Assembly (NCBI GenBank): GCA_043228905.1
Contig: JBHGNT010000006.1
Location: 5,270,001-5,334,000 of the forward strand
DNA from: Azolla caroliniana
Taxonomy: Eukaryota; Plantae; Polypodiophyta
DNA length: 64,000 bases
Direction: 5' to 3'
The notes below the pieces were generated by a model that was given only the letters and a program-made list of their open reading frames with translations, was not told the DNA's origin and did no database searches. Numbering within the stretch: position 1 is the first letter of the stretch; each line of letters opens with the position of its first letter. A program made the translations under genes and the position numbers. Shown here piece after piece: positions 24,431 to 42,599 of this stretch.

Positions 24431-25747
24431 TGATTCGATGTTGTATGAATCCAACCTTCAAAACTATGAATAGTCAACAATGATCACAAATTCATGTTGC
24501 CAAAAATAGGAAGACGGATTGCACATTCCATCTTTTCTATGTGGAAATGAATCTATATGGAGGTTATGTGGACCCAATGTTTTTGTAGAGGTTAAAAGTC
24601 ATACCATTGATAAGGTTTTTGAAGAAATTAGCACTCCACTGGGCTATATTTTTAGTACAAACGCGTCTTGAACCCCACTATCAATACTTAATATGGTTTT
24701 CCAAGAACGTGTTCCTATTCTTGAGTCACGAAAGTTTTATTATTTCTCCTTTTCAACATTTGTGGTCAATAGTGTCCACAAATGTATTGCGGAAGCTTTC
24801 GTACAGAAACTCATTTGCACCAAATAATCAACCTTCTTGTTATGTCATTGGTTGGAGGGTGTGTCTATAGGAAAAAGTATAAGGCGCAATCTAGGCAATT
24901 TAACATTATTGTGCATCAATCATGGTGTCAACTTAAAGGGCGTCTTTGATAGAATCACGAAATCAACACAAACATGTATTTGCAACACATAATTGAGGAT
25001 AGAAAATAAAACCTTTTTCATTAGAATAAACTTGAGAACCATTGTGAAAGATAATCTTCATGAGTCGAATCAAGGTCTAATATAAAGCCCATCATCTATT
25101 ATCAAATGGAGAATTCGAGTGAAGAAGAAACAACACAAGGACATAAAAAAAACTTCAAATGAATCAATGTAATGCCCAAATTGTTATTCAACATAAAAGA
25201 GAATCTATCTATTGAATCACATCGAACTTAATAAACCTACCCATAGGTAAGGTAAAAATATACAAGGATGTCCACAAAAAGCTTGCCTCCGCCAACAACC
25301 CACTTGCTTGTCAAGAAAACATGAATGAGATGGGCAAGTTCAGATGCTTACTTGCCGAGACAAACACTGACGAGAGAGTTGCGCTTGAGCCAATGTGGAC
25401 AGATGCTCTCTTGCCAAGACAAATGAAACGAGAGGGTTGGCGCGACTCGACAAAGGAAACAAACTTGTCAACAAGCTGGAGGAATAGAATGAGAAACTCC
25501 TAGTGACGGTAGCACAACGGAGGCTTTGGGAAGACGGATGAGACGGGAAGGTTTTTTCTTGGGCGGGTTATTCTGTTATTGTTTTGGGTGTGTAAGAGCC
25601 AATCGAGGAGACATACATGGTGGTAATTTTGATTGCTTGGGAGATGAATGAGAGAGTTTGTGCGGACATGATCATAAGCAAAGGGGTTGGTTGTTAACAA
25701 CTACAAGCTTACGGGAAGGCGGCCTTGGACCAGAATTACATATATTC

Positions 25748-25870
25748 ATACATACATACATATACATACATATATTTATACATACATACATACATACATA
25801 CATACATACATACATGCATACATGCAAACATACATACCAATACATACATACCGATACATACATGCATACC
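25748..25870. repeat. (TACA)n imperfect microsatellite
   Basis: CATACATACATA... run. Confidence 0.9.
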
Positions 25871-27260
25871 ATATGCATAGCCATCAGGCCATGGCCCATC
25901 ACAAAGGTTTTGACACTTAACTAATTGGCTCTGTCTGTGTGTCTGTCTCTGTTTTTTTGGTTTGTTTTGTTTTGTTTCTTTATTTGATCAGAATAGAAAA
26001 CACGCACAATCATGAAATCCGACAGAACATAAATGAAAGGATTGAAATTTTGCGCCATCTCCCCCTGGTCTTCTTCGTAGACTCATGGGCTCAGTCTTCT
26101 CAGCAAGAAGAAGAGGAAGAAAGAAGAAGAAGACACAAGACAAAGTATGCGACTTTCAGAAAGAACAGAACATTCCCTATTCTTAGGTTCTCGGACGGAA
26201 GAAGGGAGCAGAAAGCGGAAGAAACAATAGGAGGGCTTCGCCAAGAAAACAGAGCATTTCCCATCACTCGAGTTTCAAATGGCAAAGGATAAGCAAATAC
26301 CTATCAGGAGTTCTGAAGAACAGAGAATCATAATTAGAGTGTCCAAAAGAACGGAGCCTCATCATTAGGGTTTCAGAAGCACAGAGTATCTTCATTAGGG
26401 TTTCACGGGAGACAAACATAGGGTTTCTGATCAAGATTTGCTTCTTGATTCAGGAGATTGAAGTAAGCTTCTAGCTGTCAATGTGGGGTTTTCCCCCTTT
26501 CATATTTGCGTGTCAAGGAAACATAATAGTTTTTTCTCTGTGTCAAATACCCATATATTTAGCAATGCTGATAAGAATAACAGAAACTATTGCTTCTTTA
26601 TGAATGAAACCTGACGTTACGCTTATGTTTTGATCCCAATTTTTTGTTAGCATATAAGGTTTTATTTGGGTTTATCCCTCTTTGCTATGTTTTTTTATCC
26701 CCAGATATTTCGTCTCTTTTATGTTTTTGATGCCTTTTTTATATAGCTATATTAGTTTGTATTTGGATTCACCCCTCTTTGCTGTGTGTTTGATCCCCTT
26801 TCTATTTTATTTTTAAACTTTATTTGGATTTCGTTCTCTTTGCCAATTCTTCTTTTAGTTCAGTGTTATATTTTATTTGTATTCATCATTTTTGTTGTAA
26901 TTTTAATCCCGTTTTTATGTTGATATTAAAAAGTTCATTCTGATTTCATTATTCTTTTCTATGGCTTTTGATCCCATTTTTATGTTATTATCAGATTTGA
27001 TTTCGATTTCATCTGTCTTTCTCAAAACGGGGGTCAGTACGACATCAACTCAATCATAAGCTAATAGCCTCGTGCAAGCTATTAAGCTCTACACATTTGT
27101 TTCAAGGCCAAACCTTGAGAACCCATAATCTGATAACCTATCAGTGGCTTGTTTGATAACTTAGGAGGGATTAGAATATTTAGGGTTTATAACATATACG
27201 CACATTAAAAGGATCGTCTTTCCCTTGCATACAAATCTTAAGAATCCTTGAAGGGTATTC

Positions 27261-30200
27261 ATGGGTAACTGCGTATGTGGTGATGCTCCCACATCCAAAG
27301 TTTCACGAAACAATCGATTTCAAGTTCAAGCTGTGCATTTTGCTGGGGCTCCCAAACTCTCAGTGCTAAAAAATCTACCCAATGTGGAGGAAGGTGTTCT
27401 TATAACTGATAAGTATATATTAAGTAAAGAACTTGGAAGAGGTGAATTTGGCATTACTTATCTTTGCACGGACAAAGTAACAAAACATGTCTTGGCTTGT
27501 AAATCAATATCAAAGAGAAAGCTGAGGACTGCTGTGGATATTGAAGATGTGAGGAGAGAGGTGATGATCATGGGTCATTTGCCTCCTCATCCTAACATTG
27601 TCTCTCTTGAAGGGGTGTATGAAGATGATAACGCAGTGCACTTAGTTATGGAATTTTGTGAAGGAGGAGAGTTATTTGATCGTATTGTTGCTAGGGGACA
27701 TTATAATGAGAGAGCTGCAGCTAATGTGGCCCGCACAATAGTAGAAGTTGTGAAGGCAAATATCCCTTTTTTACTCCCATTTTGCTCTTCATTAATATTC
27801 TTTTGATGTTTTAGCTGCCTATTGCATTACCTTATAAGATGTTTTTTCAGGTTTGTCATGAAAATGGTGTGATACATCGAGATCTGAAGCCGGAAAACTT
27901 CTTGTTCGTAAATAAGCAGGAAAATGCAGATCTGAAGAGCATAGATTTCGGCCTATCGGTTAAGTTCAAACCTGGTACTGTTCGTGTTTTTCTTCTCTTT
28001 TTTCAAAGTCAAAGTAAACTTAGTTATAAAAAAACCTTGTGTCTTTGAGGGTAAATTGTTATGAGCATACAATTTATTTCATTATTAGGAGGGAATTCAG
28101 GCTAGAGGAGATCCATTAGCCATGTTTGAAGAGTATATAGCCTTCTAAAAAGGAATTGATCTATGCGAGCACTACTTACCCATAATGACGTATTTATGTA
28201 TATGTTCATAACAAGATTCTTATGTTTTAAAGCTTGCTGATTTTTGTCTCGAGGAATGTTTAGTTCTACCAATTAGAATTGTGTGTTTTAAGATTGTATT
28301 TGATAAAAGTCACTTTTCAGTGCTTTGCATCGAGGTCTTGAACATCTGTTTCCAGTGATCTCTTTCAGGCAAAATAATCAACCATCTTTATTTATTTATT
28401 CAGGAGAGAGATTCTCTGAAATGGTTGGAAGTCCATTTTACATAGCACCGGAGGTTCTCCGGCGTAACTATGGACCAGAGATAGATGTGTGGAGTGCGGG
28501 TGTCATCATTTATATATTGCTATGTGGTGTGCCTCCTTTCTGGTCAGGTAACAATTGCCTAGTTTAATATTACTATGGGGATACCTATGTGATTTCTGAA
28601 ATCTTGGAGGGGTTTCTGGTCATTAGGGGGATCCTGGTATTTTTGTGCTCTAGATACAATGCTTGTTCAAATTACATATCCAGTTGAGATATTGAACTGA
28701 TTGAACATTTCGATTCCAGAGACAGAGCCAGGTATTGCACAAGCTATCCTTCGTGGACATATAGATTTCACACGAGATCCATGGCCTTCTGTATCAAGCA
28801 CAGCAAAATCACTAGTTCGTGGAATGCTCGATCCTAATCCTAGAAGCAGATTGACACCTCAGCAAGTTCTTGGTATAAATTCTTAAACGATACATATATT
28901 GTATAAGCATGGTGATGTAGTGGCAAAGTTTGTGATTTGCAACCTTAAGATTGCAGATTTAAGTCTTCAGCAACGGGTTTGATGTTGCATTCATGATAAA
29001 AGTTTCTTCATATTTTTAGTTTTGAATCATGCTGGCTAGCAAGTTTTCTCATAAAGGGAAAAAGAGTTTGATGATTATGGATTGCTTACAAATAAACTAC
29101 TCGATAAACATGAGGCTACCCCTCCAAAATAAATACAAATAAACACAAAATAAAAAAGAAATAAAGAAATAAAGAAAAGAGAACATTTCTGGGTATTGGT
29201 AGCGCCATTTTAATACAGATCATCCATGGTTGCGAAATGAGAAACAAGCATCGACTGTCTCCCTCGGCAGTATTGTGCAGTCTAGGCTGAAGCAATTTTC
29301 AGCCATGAATAAGCTCAAGAAAGTTGCTTTAAGGGTTTGTGAATCTCTCTTCATTGTCTGTCTTTAGAGTTCCTACATTTCTATTCTCAACTGTCAATTG
29401 TAACAATGACATTCGACTAACTGTTGTTGTGTCCACGTGATTTCTGTCCAGATAATTGTTGACCATTTATCTGGTGAAGAGGTTGATGGATTGAGGGCTA
29501 TGTTTGATATACTGGACACAAATAAAAATGGGCTGTTAACCTATGAACAATTCAAGAATGGCCTTTGCAAGCTTGGATCTCAACTTGCCGATCATGAGTT
29601 TAGGCAGTTAATGGATACAGTGAGTTTCATAAATATTAATGTGATATGCACTGCTTTCCTCCAGAGCTATATTACCATAGATATTGATTGAATTGTAAAG
29701 TACATATGGTTGACTTTTTTTGTGCCCATTAAGTTATCTATGACAAAAGATGAACTATTTTTAAACTGAAACTATATCTTCCTATTCAGGCAGATGTAGA
29801 CAAGAAGGGAACCCTTGATTACACTAAATTTGCATCCCTAACACTACAACTCCAAATGATCGATAATGATGACTATCTACGCAATGCGTTCTCTTATTTC
29901 GACAAAGATGGTAATGGGTTCATTGACATGATGGAACTCACACAAGCCTTGAGTGAAGAATCGGTTTCAGATAGTGGTCTTGTACAAGCCATTTTGAATG
30001 AGGTGGATACTGATATGGTGAGGCTTTCTTAAATCCCCACAGAATTTTCTGATAAAAAACAATACCTTTGTCTGTACATGTTTTTTTCCCTTCTAGGCTT
30101 TGTTATATAGCATTCTCTTGTTGAAAAGTATCAAAATATGAACGTACCATTATAATTAGGCCTAGTGTATTCACAATTTTTGTTGAGAAAACTTCAATAC

Positions 30201-30713
30201 CCTTGATAAACTTTGCAGGTATAATTTGCCTTGGGTATTTGCATTATTATACACAATAGCATTAAGGAAGAGGCGCAAATTTATATATAGTTTCGCCTAA
30301 TCTAATTACATTTCCATTTTTACCAAGGGCATTAAACATGATTTCTGTAAATCACCCAATCCATATGAAGGGCATTTTTTATATAAAGTTTTTTTTCTCT
30401 TAATGGAAGCAAACATTGGCAAAAGCATTTTTTGAACTCTCAACCCTCTAGATAATGAGGATAGATCATAGGACTTGAACCATTAGGGCAACCTGTAAAT
30501 TTAGTTGATATTCTATGAATGTAGAATCCATGTTTTTTTTATGTTTCTCAGGATGGGAGAATAAGCTATTTGGAATTCAAGCGAATGATGCAAATTGGGG
30601 TTGATTGGAGGAAGGTTTCTCGGCATTACTCAAGAGAGAGGTTCAACAGTCTCAGCATCTCATTACTCAATGAAGGGTCAGTTGCAACGGAAGAGAATTA
30701 TAGAAGTCGATAG
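27261..30713 (+). CDS. CPK: Calcium-dependent protein kinase, group III (CPK7/8/10/13/30/32-like), 8 exons, ~529 aa
   Basis: Exons 27261-27755, 27851-27974, 28404-28547, 28720-28872, 29219-29334, 29452-29619, 29790-30017, 30552-30713. MGNC acylation start, [30 protein letters not shown], junction [15 protein letters not shown] hands, C-terminal [18 protein letters not shown]. Intron 1 needs a GC donor. Confidence 0.95.
28908..29180 (+). mobile_element. Degenerate tRNA-derived SINE-like sequence in CDPK intron 4
   Basis: A-box-like TGATGTAGTGG, anticodon-like TTTGCAA, B-box-like GATTTAAGTC, A-rich tail AAAATAAATACAAATAAA... Confidence 0.4.
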
Positions 30714-31389
30714 AAACCAAAATTTCTACAGAAAGAAAAATAGATTTACAACAATCATAAGGTTTGTGTATAATAAAACGAGAGATGACTGTGATGACTT
30801 GACATTTTTTGCATCCACTCCAGCTTCTTGAAACCATTTGTGTATATGAGTGTATATTTGTGTATTCGGACTCGGCGATTGTGTTGTATAATCTTAGTAA
30901 TATAAGTTACCTTGAAGGCTGGCATTGATGTCCTTAGATATTCACAGGAAAATAGGTAAATAGAATTTTTTGCATCGATGACTAAAATCATGTTCATATA
31001 CACAGAAAAATAGGTGAATAGTATTTAAATTTTATCATTTTCAATATGCTACTTGTATTTTCTCAATCAAGAACATAAATACCCAAGTTAAAATTGTGGA
31101 TAATTATTGAAGAGACCATAGAGCAAGATGAACATTTGTTTATAAGGGGCAAGATGAATTAATGTGTTAAATGATATCAAATCCATTGCTCCAAACTTGA
31201 TCTGCAATGGAGTGTTACTATTGAAATATAACTTTATAAATATAGAAATGATAAGAGCAACTAAATAAAATGAAAACATTGGATGAAATAAACTTTCTAG
31301 GTTTCATTGATGAATAGTTTGCTTCATTGTGTAGCATTTTTCAAATAAAAAGGATTAAACATTTCAAAATTTCAAGGACAATGTATGAA

Positions 31390-32400
31390 TAGCTTAATTC
31401 ATGACACAAAGGTCTATCAAATACTTGAGAACTAATAGTGTGCGTGAATATTGTTTGAGTGCGTTGAATGAATTATGTCAAACACAAGGAATTCAGCATC
31501 AAATTTCAGCATTTTGCACTTTGCAAAAAAATCAAGTTGCAAAAAGGAAAAACATGAGCCTACCTGATGTCATTCGCAAAATGCTCCAAGTTGCCAAATT
31601 ACTTACCAAATTCTAGGAAGAAGCAATTGGAACAACATGCTATTGATAAATTCATTGGTCAATAGGATTGAAGGCACCATATGAACTATGACTTGGACAC
31701 AAAAGTCAAGTAGTTGTGTTTGGATATTTACGTAATGTATAACTTGGTGTATGGATAACCCTAACATTGTTTTTCATTAATGAAATGATATATTGACATA
31801 CTTATGTCAAGTGTTGGTTATGTTGAAACCTCATATGTGGATAGTTATTAGGTTGGAGACATTGAGCAATTAGGATTGCCTCTCTAAAGGTTGTTTGTTC
31901 TTTTTAGAACTCTTGTATATTTTAAGATGAAAGAACCCTTTCATATTTTTGAAACTTTGTATTTTAGGATGAAAGAAATCCATATTTCACTATCCTTCTT
32001 GTCATGTGCACTCAATCTTGTTCAAGAGGTGGAAAGATATATTATCCCTTCACCGATTGTAGGAGCAAAGAAAGTGAGTAATTTCACTTTGAATCAGGCG
32101 TTCAAATAATTATGATATGAAAAACAATTAGAAAATTGCCCTTTTTATGTTTGTATCAAACATGTAAAAATATCATCATGTGCAATATGTGTTCGAGCAC
32201 TATATACATGGGGAGTGGTACAAGATAAACCAATGGTATATGAAGAAGAGGTTGTTGTAGATGCTATTGCTATGAGACATGGTTTGATGCAAAAAACATT
32301 GATATCATTGAATCCACAAATAGAGACAAATAAACCTAAAACATGGCAATTGGTAAGTAGTATCACAATTTGGTATATATTTTGAAGGCTCGATGTTTGA
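31390..32400 (+). mobile_element. Degenerate Ty1/Copia integrase and RT-start remnant
   Basis: IKYLRTNSVREY...GIQHQISAFCTLQKNQVAKRKN..L..ML..AKL..F*EEA..T.CY resembles the Copia integrase core; later PKTWQLV resembles the RT start. Confidence 0.75.
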
Positions 32401-35400
32401 GAAAATTCCAAAATGTGATTGAAAGACTTGCCCAAATAATTGTTGGGATTTGGACAGAAATTGTGCAGAATCCCAAAGGTTCTTTGGATAACATAAAAGG
32501 TAATACGCATTAGGTGGAGCTCAAACGATTGGAGTTTCATGCCATCAGGGACAAAGGCATATTTTATAGACAGTTTTTTTATAAGGTGGAGTGATACTAC
32601 TTTACACCGACACCGAAGTATTTATTTAAGCCGATGATTAGAATTTAGAAAAGGGGCTCATTACCGAAAGCTACATCTTTTATGTATAACCTTAGGGTGT
32701 TTCTTAATACTAATGCAATATTTTATTTTTGGGGAAAAAAAATATCATCATGTGGTGAGGAATTAGTAATAAAGAGAATAGGAAGCAAGCGAAAACAATA
32801 AACGACATACACTTTGACATTTGAAGAAGTTCGACAATAAATGATAAAATGGATTGCAGAAAACAATTGACAATAAAATTTAAAAAATGCTACATAGTAC
32901 ATAGGAGAGTTTCGCTAATCAATAAATGATAAAATTCACAATAGAGGATGGAAGGAATAAACAATGATGCTAATGGTTCATTCTAATAGAATTTGACAAA
33001 CTCATTGATATTTTCTATTAGTTGTGCTAAACATGCCATAGATTATATTAATTAAGACAAGTTTAGATGCTCATATTAACAACTTTAGATTGTTATACTT
33101 TCTTGTTTCATATTATATATTTTCTTATTTTTGTTGCAACTTGTAGATTTTTTGATGATAGTAAGTCTTAGAAGAAAACAAAAGGAGCGTAATAGGCCAT
33201 TGACAATATTGCACTACACTATTTGTACACCAATATATGTTTTTTAAGGCCCGTTGAAAAGGTACCTCCATTTGAGCTCATAATAAGACTATTCCGAAAT
33301 CATTACATTGATATTTGGATGACAAAAACAATGAATATATACCTATGTTGGTAATGAAACTTTCCTTTAGGCATTGCCCAATAATATAAAATGCAATGGC
33401 ATATCAAAGTTGTCCTTGAGAACATCTACAAGCATTGACATGCATTGCAACAATTAATGATAATTGAAAGCAACGATGTATTTTGAACAAATGAACTACA
33501 TACATGCTACACAAAAGAAAAAACTTTAAATTGTCATGAGATAGTATAATAGAACCATATCTTACATGGATAAGCCCAAGTTTGTAGGCTACTCCATTCC
33601 TAATATAAAAAAAATCATTTTGTTTTCTTAATAAAATTTAGGATCTCATCATTGCTATATACTTTAATCCTAATGCAGTCTCAACTCCATCGTTATACAT
33701 TCGGCAATTTGCATATATTTTTAATGTTAGGGAAATTAATGTATGCCCCCATTGTAAATTTTGATTGATCAATCAACACACACAAATAAAACAAATATAT
33801 GCAAAAAATCAAGATCAATACAAGAGCTGGATAGATTTCAACATAAGAGCTTCCCCACTCGTATGAGTGTATTTATTGTTGGGAAAACTATTGCATTGAA
33901 CAATCATTTGACATAGATTATGCACATAAGCATACATTTGCTCCTTGTGCAACATACAATGAGTCATGCAACTTGTGGTGTTTTTTTATGTGGCCTAAAA
34001 CATCTATCTAATGATGAGAACTATATACATTTTCATATGAGATCTTCCTACTCATATGATGTGTTTACTAGTAGGAAACTTGTGGCATTTGGCATAGATC
34101 TATGGAATAATCAGACACTAGAAAATTTCAAGGGAAGAATATTTGGTGATGTGGGAGGCATTTGAGAACTCTAGAAACATATGATGGATCTTAAAACAAT
34201 AAATTGCCCATAGAGAGGCAATACATTCTAATAAACCACGATGAAGTCTAGTGTTTAAGATAGAGGCACCCTCATTGAGTAGAAGCGGGGTATATATATG
34301 TGAACTTTGTCATCAATCAATGTTTATAAATTATAGTAAAAACATATGGGGAAACAAGCACACATTCAATTGGAGTCGTGGTTTCATGTTTGTCTTGTGC
34401 ACAGAAAGAGAACTCGGGTGAATTAGAGTGAAATCATTTTTTATTGTCCTAGAAGGGAACCTAACCAACTAGTAAAGGAGTTCTCCCAAAACACTAAGCG
34501 TCATGAGTTTTTTTCTTCTTCTAATGACTACGGTTTCCACATCAACTTCAAAGTTATTTGTTCGACAAGGAGTAAGGGGGGTTGAGCTCTTTGAATTTCT
34601 ACACATTTGGTTGAGATTATTGTTACGGAAGAACCACAACGAGGCACATAGACCATGGCGGAGAACTTTTCCAACTCTACAAATCCGTAACAACATGGTA
34701 GTGGTGGTGGTCTATGGACAAATTTTATTTTATTTAGTAACCCTTTTATTAGTGGTGGGAAACCTCAAAGTGAAAACCCACAAAGAATAAATAGAAGTAT
34801 ACAAGTGTCAATTAGACACTAAAGAGCTTATAGAAGCACTCAAAGTAAAGAGCGTAAAGTTGAAGTGTGATGTCTCCAAGTGGGAGACAATCAAACAGAG
34901 ATTGCCCCCGAGGGATTGCTTAAAGAAGCTAACTTGACGCAGTCGGTGTCGATCAAAGACCTCACTACGGACAATTCACATCGAGAATACATGAAGTTAT
35001 GCAATTAGGGTTCTATAATAGGGGTCTAACCAGAGCCATGGATATCTCAGGGCACCGGAGAACTTTTCCAGATCTATGGATCGTAGTAGCAGCATGGTGG
35101 TGGTCTATGGGCACGACAATTCACTTGAGAATGCTTTGAAGTATAGAACTAGGGTTTGTAAAGGAAAGGGGTCGAACGCAGAGCCATGGAGATGTCAGGC
35201 GCCGGCCACTGGAAGTGGAAGCCTGAGAGAGAGAGAGAGGCAGGCGGATTTCCGGATCGAGACGATTGATTACTTACGGAGATTTCGCAAAGCCAGAGCT
35301 CTCTCTAATAATCTCTCTACTATTAGTGTTGGGGGGGCCCCATGGGCTATTTGCATTGCATTACAAATTACAATGTTTCTCTGATTAACCAAACCAAAAA

Positions 35401-35498
35401 CACATTCACTTCCTTTTTGTCTTTCACACTCTTCTTTACTAAACCAAAGAGCACACAACACACAGAGACAGCCGGTTCATCACAAAAGCTAAGCTCCC

Positions 35499-41723
<6,225 letters not shown>

Positions 41724-42599
41724 GCTGGCATCCAGTGATTTATACTAAATGCAAAACTTGGCTCTGTATTTTTCGTTTTTCCGGAAAGCATCTCAATGTT
41801 ATGAGGGATCTATGTATGTCATTTAACATTCAATGGTGTAACTTCTAATTCTAGAAGATTCCTGATCACCTGCCTCGTTGAGGGACCAATTGCTGTATAA
41901 TCACAATAAATTGACTGTAGGAAAATCTGATTTCCATAATCTTCAAGATTTTTGTTCTTGTCTATTAAGATAATTTTACTTGATAAAGATAAAATCTAAG
42001 ACTTGTCCATTTCCCTGTTTAATTAAAACACTATTGTATTGATTATTCAAGTATAAATCTGAAAGATTTGAGTATTTTAGTTGACAATTGTGGTGGTATC
42101 AGATTTCCTATTACATCATACATTTAAACTATGTTCTCTTGATATATTTCAAAACTCTTGGGATATGACTGAAGGCTCTGTTAGATGTGAATGGGAAAAT
42201 TGTCATTGGTACACCTAAAGTAGAAATCCCAACACAAACTGCAACAAAAGTCTCTAATGAATTGAGAACTTTGCAAACTTTGCGCAGAAAACAAACTTTA
42301 CTTTTGTTTCGATTACATATGCAGCAAAAACTAAATTTATTTAAATGTTCATACAACATTCAATATTGCCTCCAATCTTTTGGTTTGCCTTGATGTACTA
42401 ATGAAGGAAATCCATCCAAAGATGAACCATTCACAATGCATTAAAACCTGACATTGTTTTTAATATAATCAGCCAACATTACTTGAACATTGCATACTAT
42501 GTTATTATTTGCATGAGGGAAAAAGAAGCAACATTGATATCATTATAATTATTACATCGATGTAAGTATGAGATGGCAAATAGAACATTTAGCTCCTTT

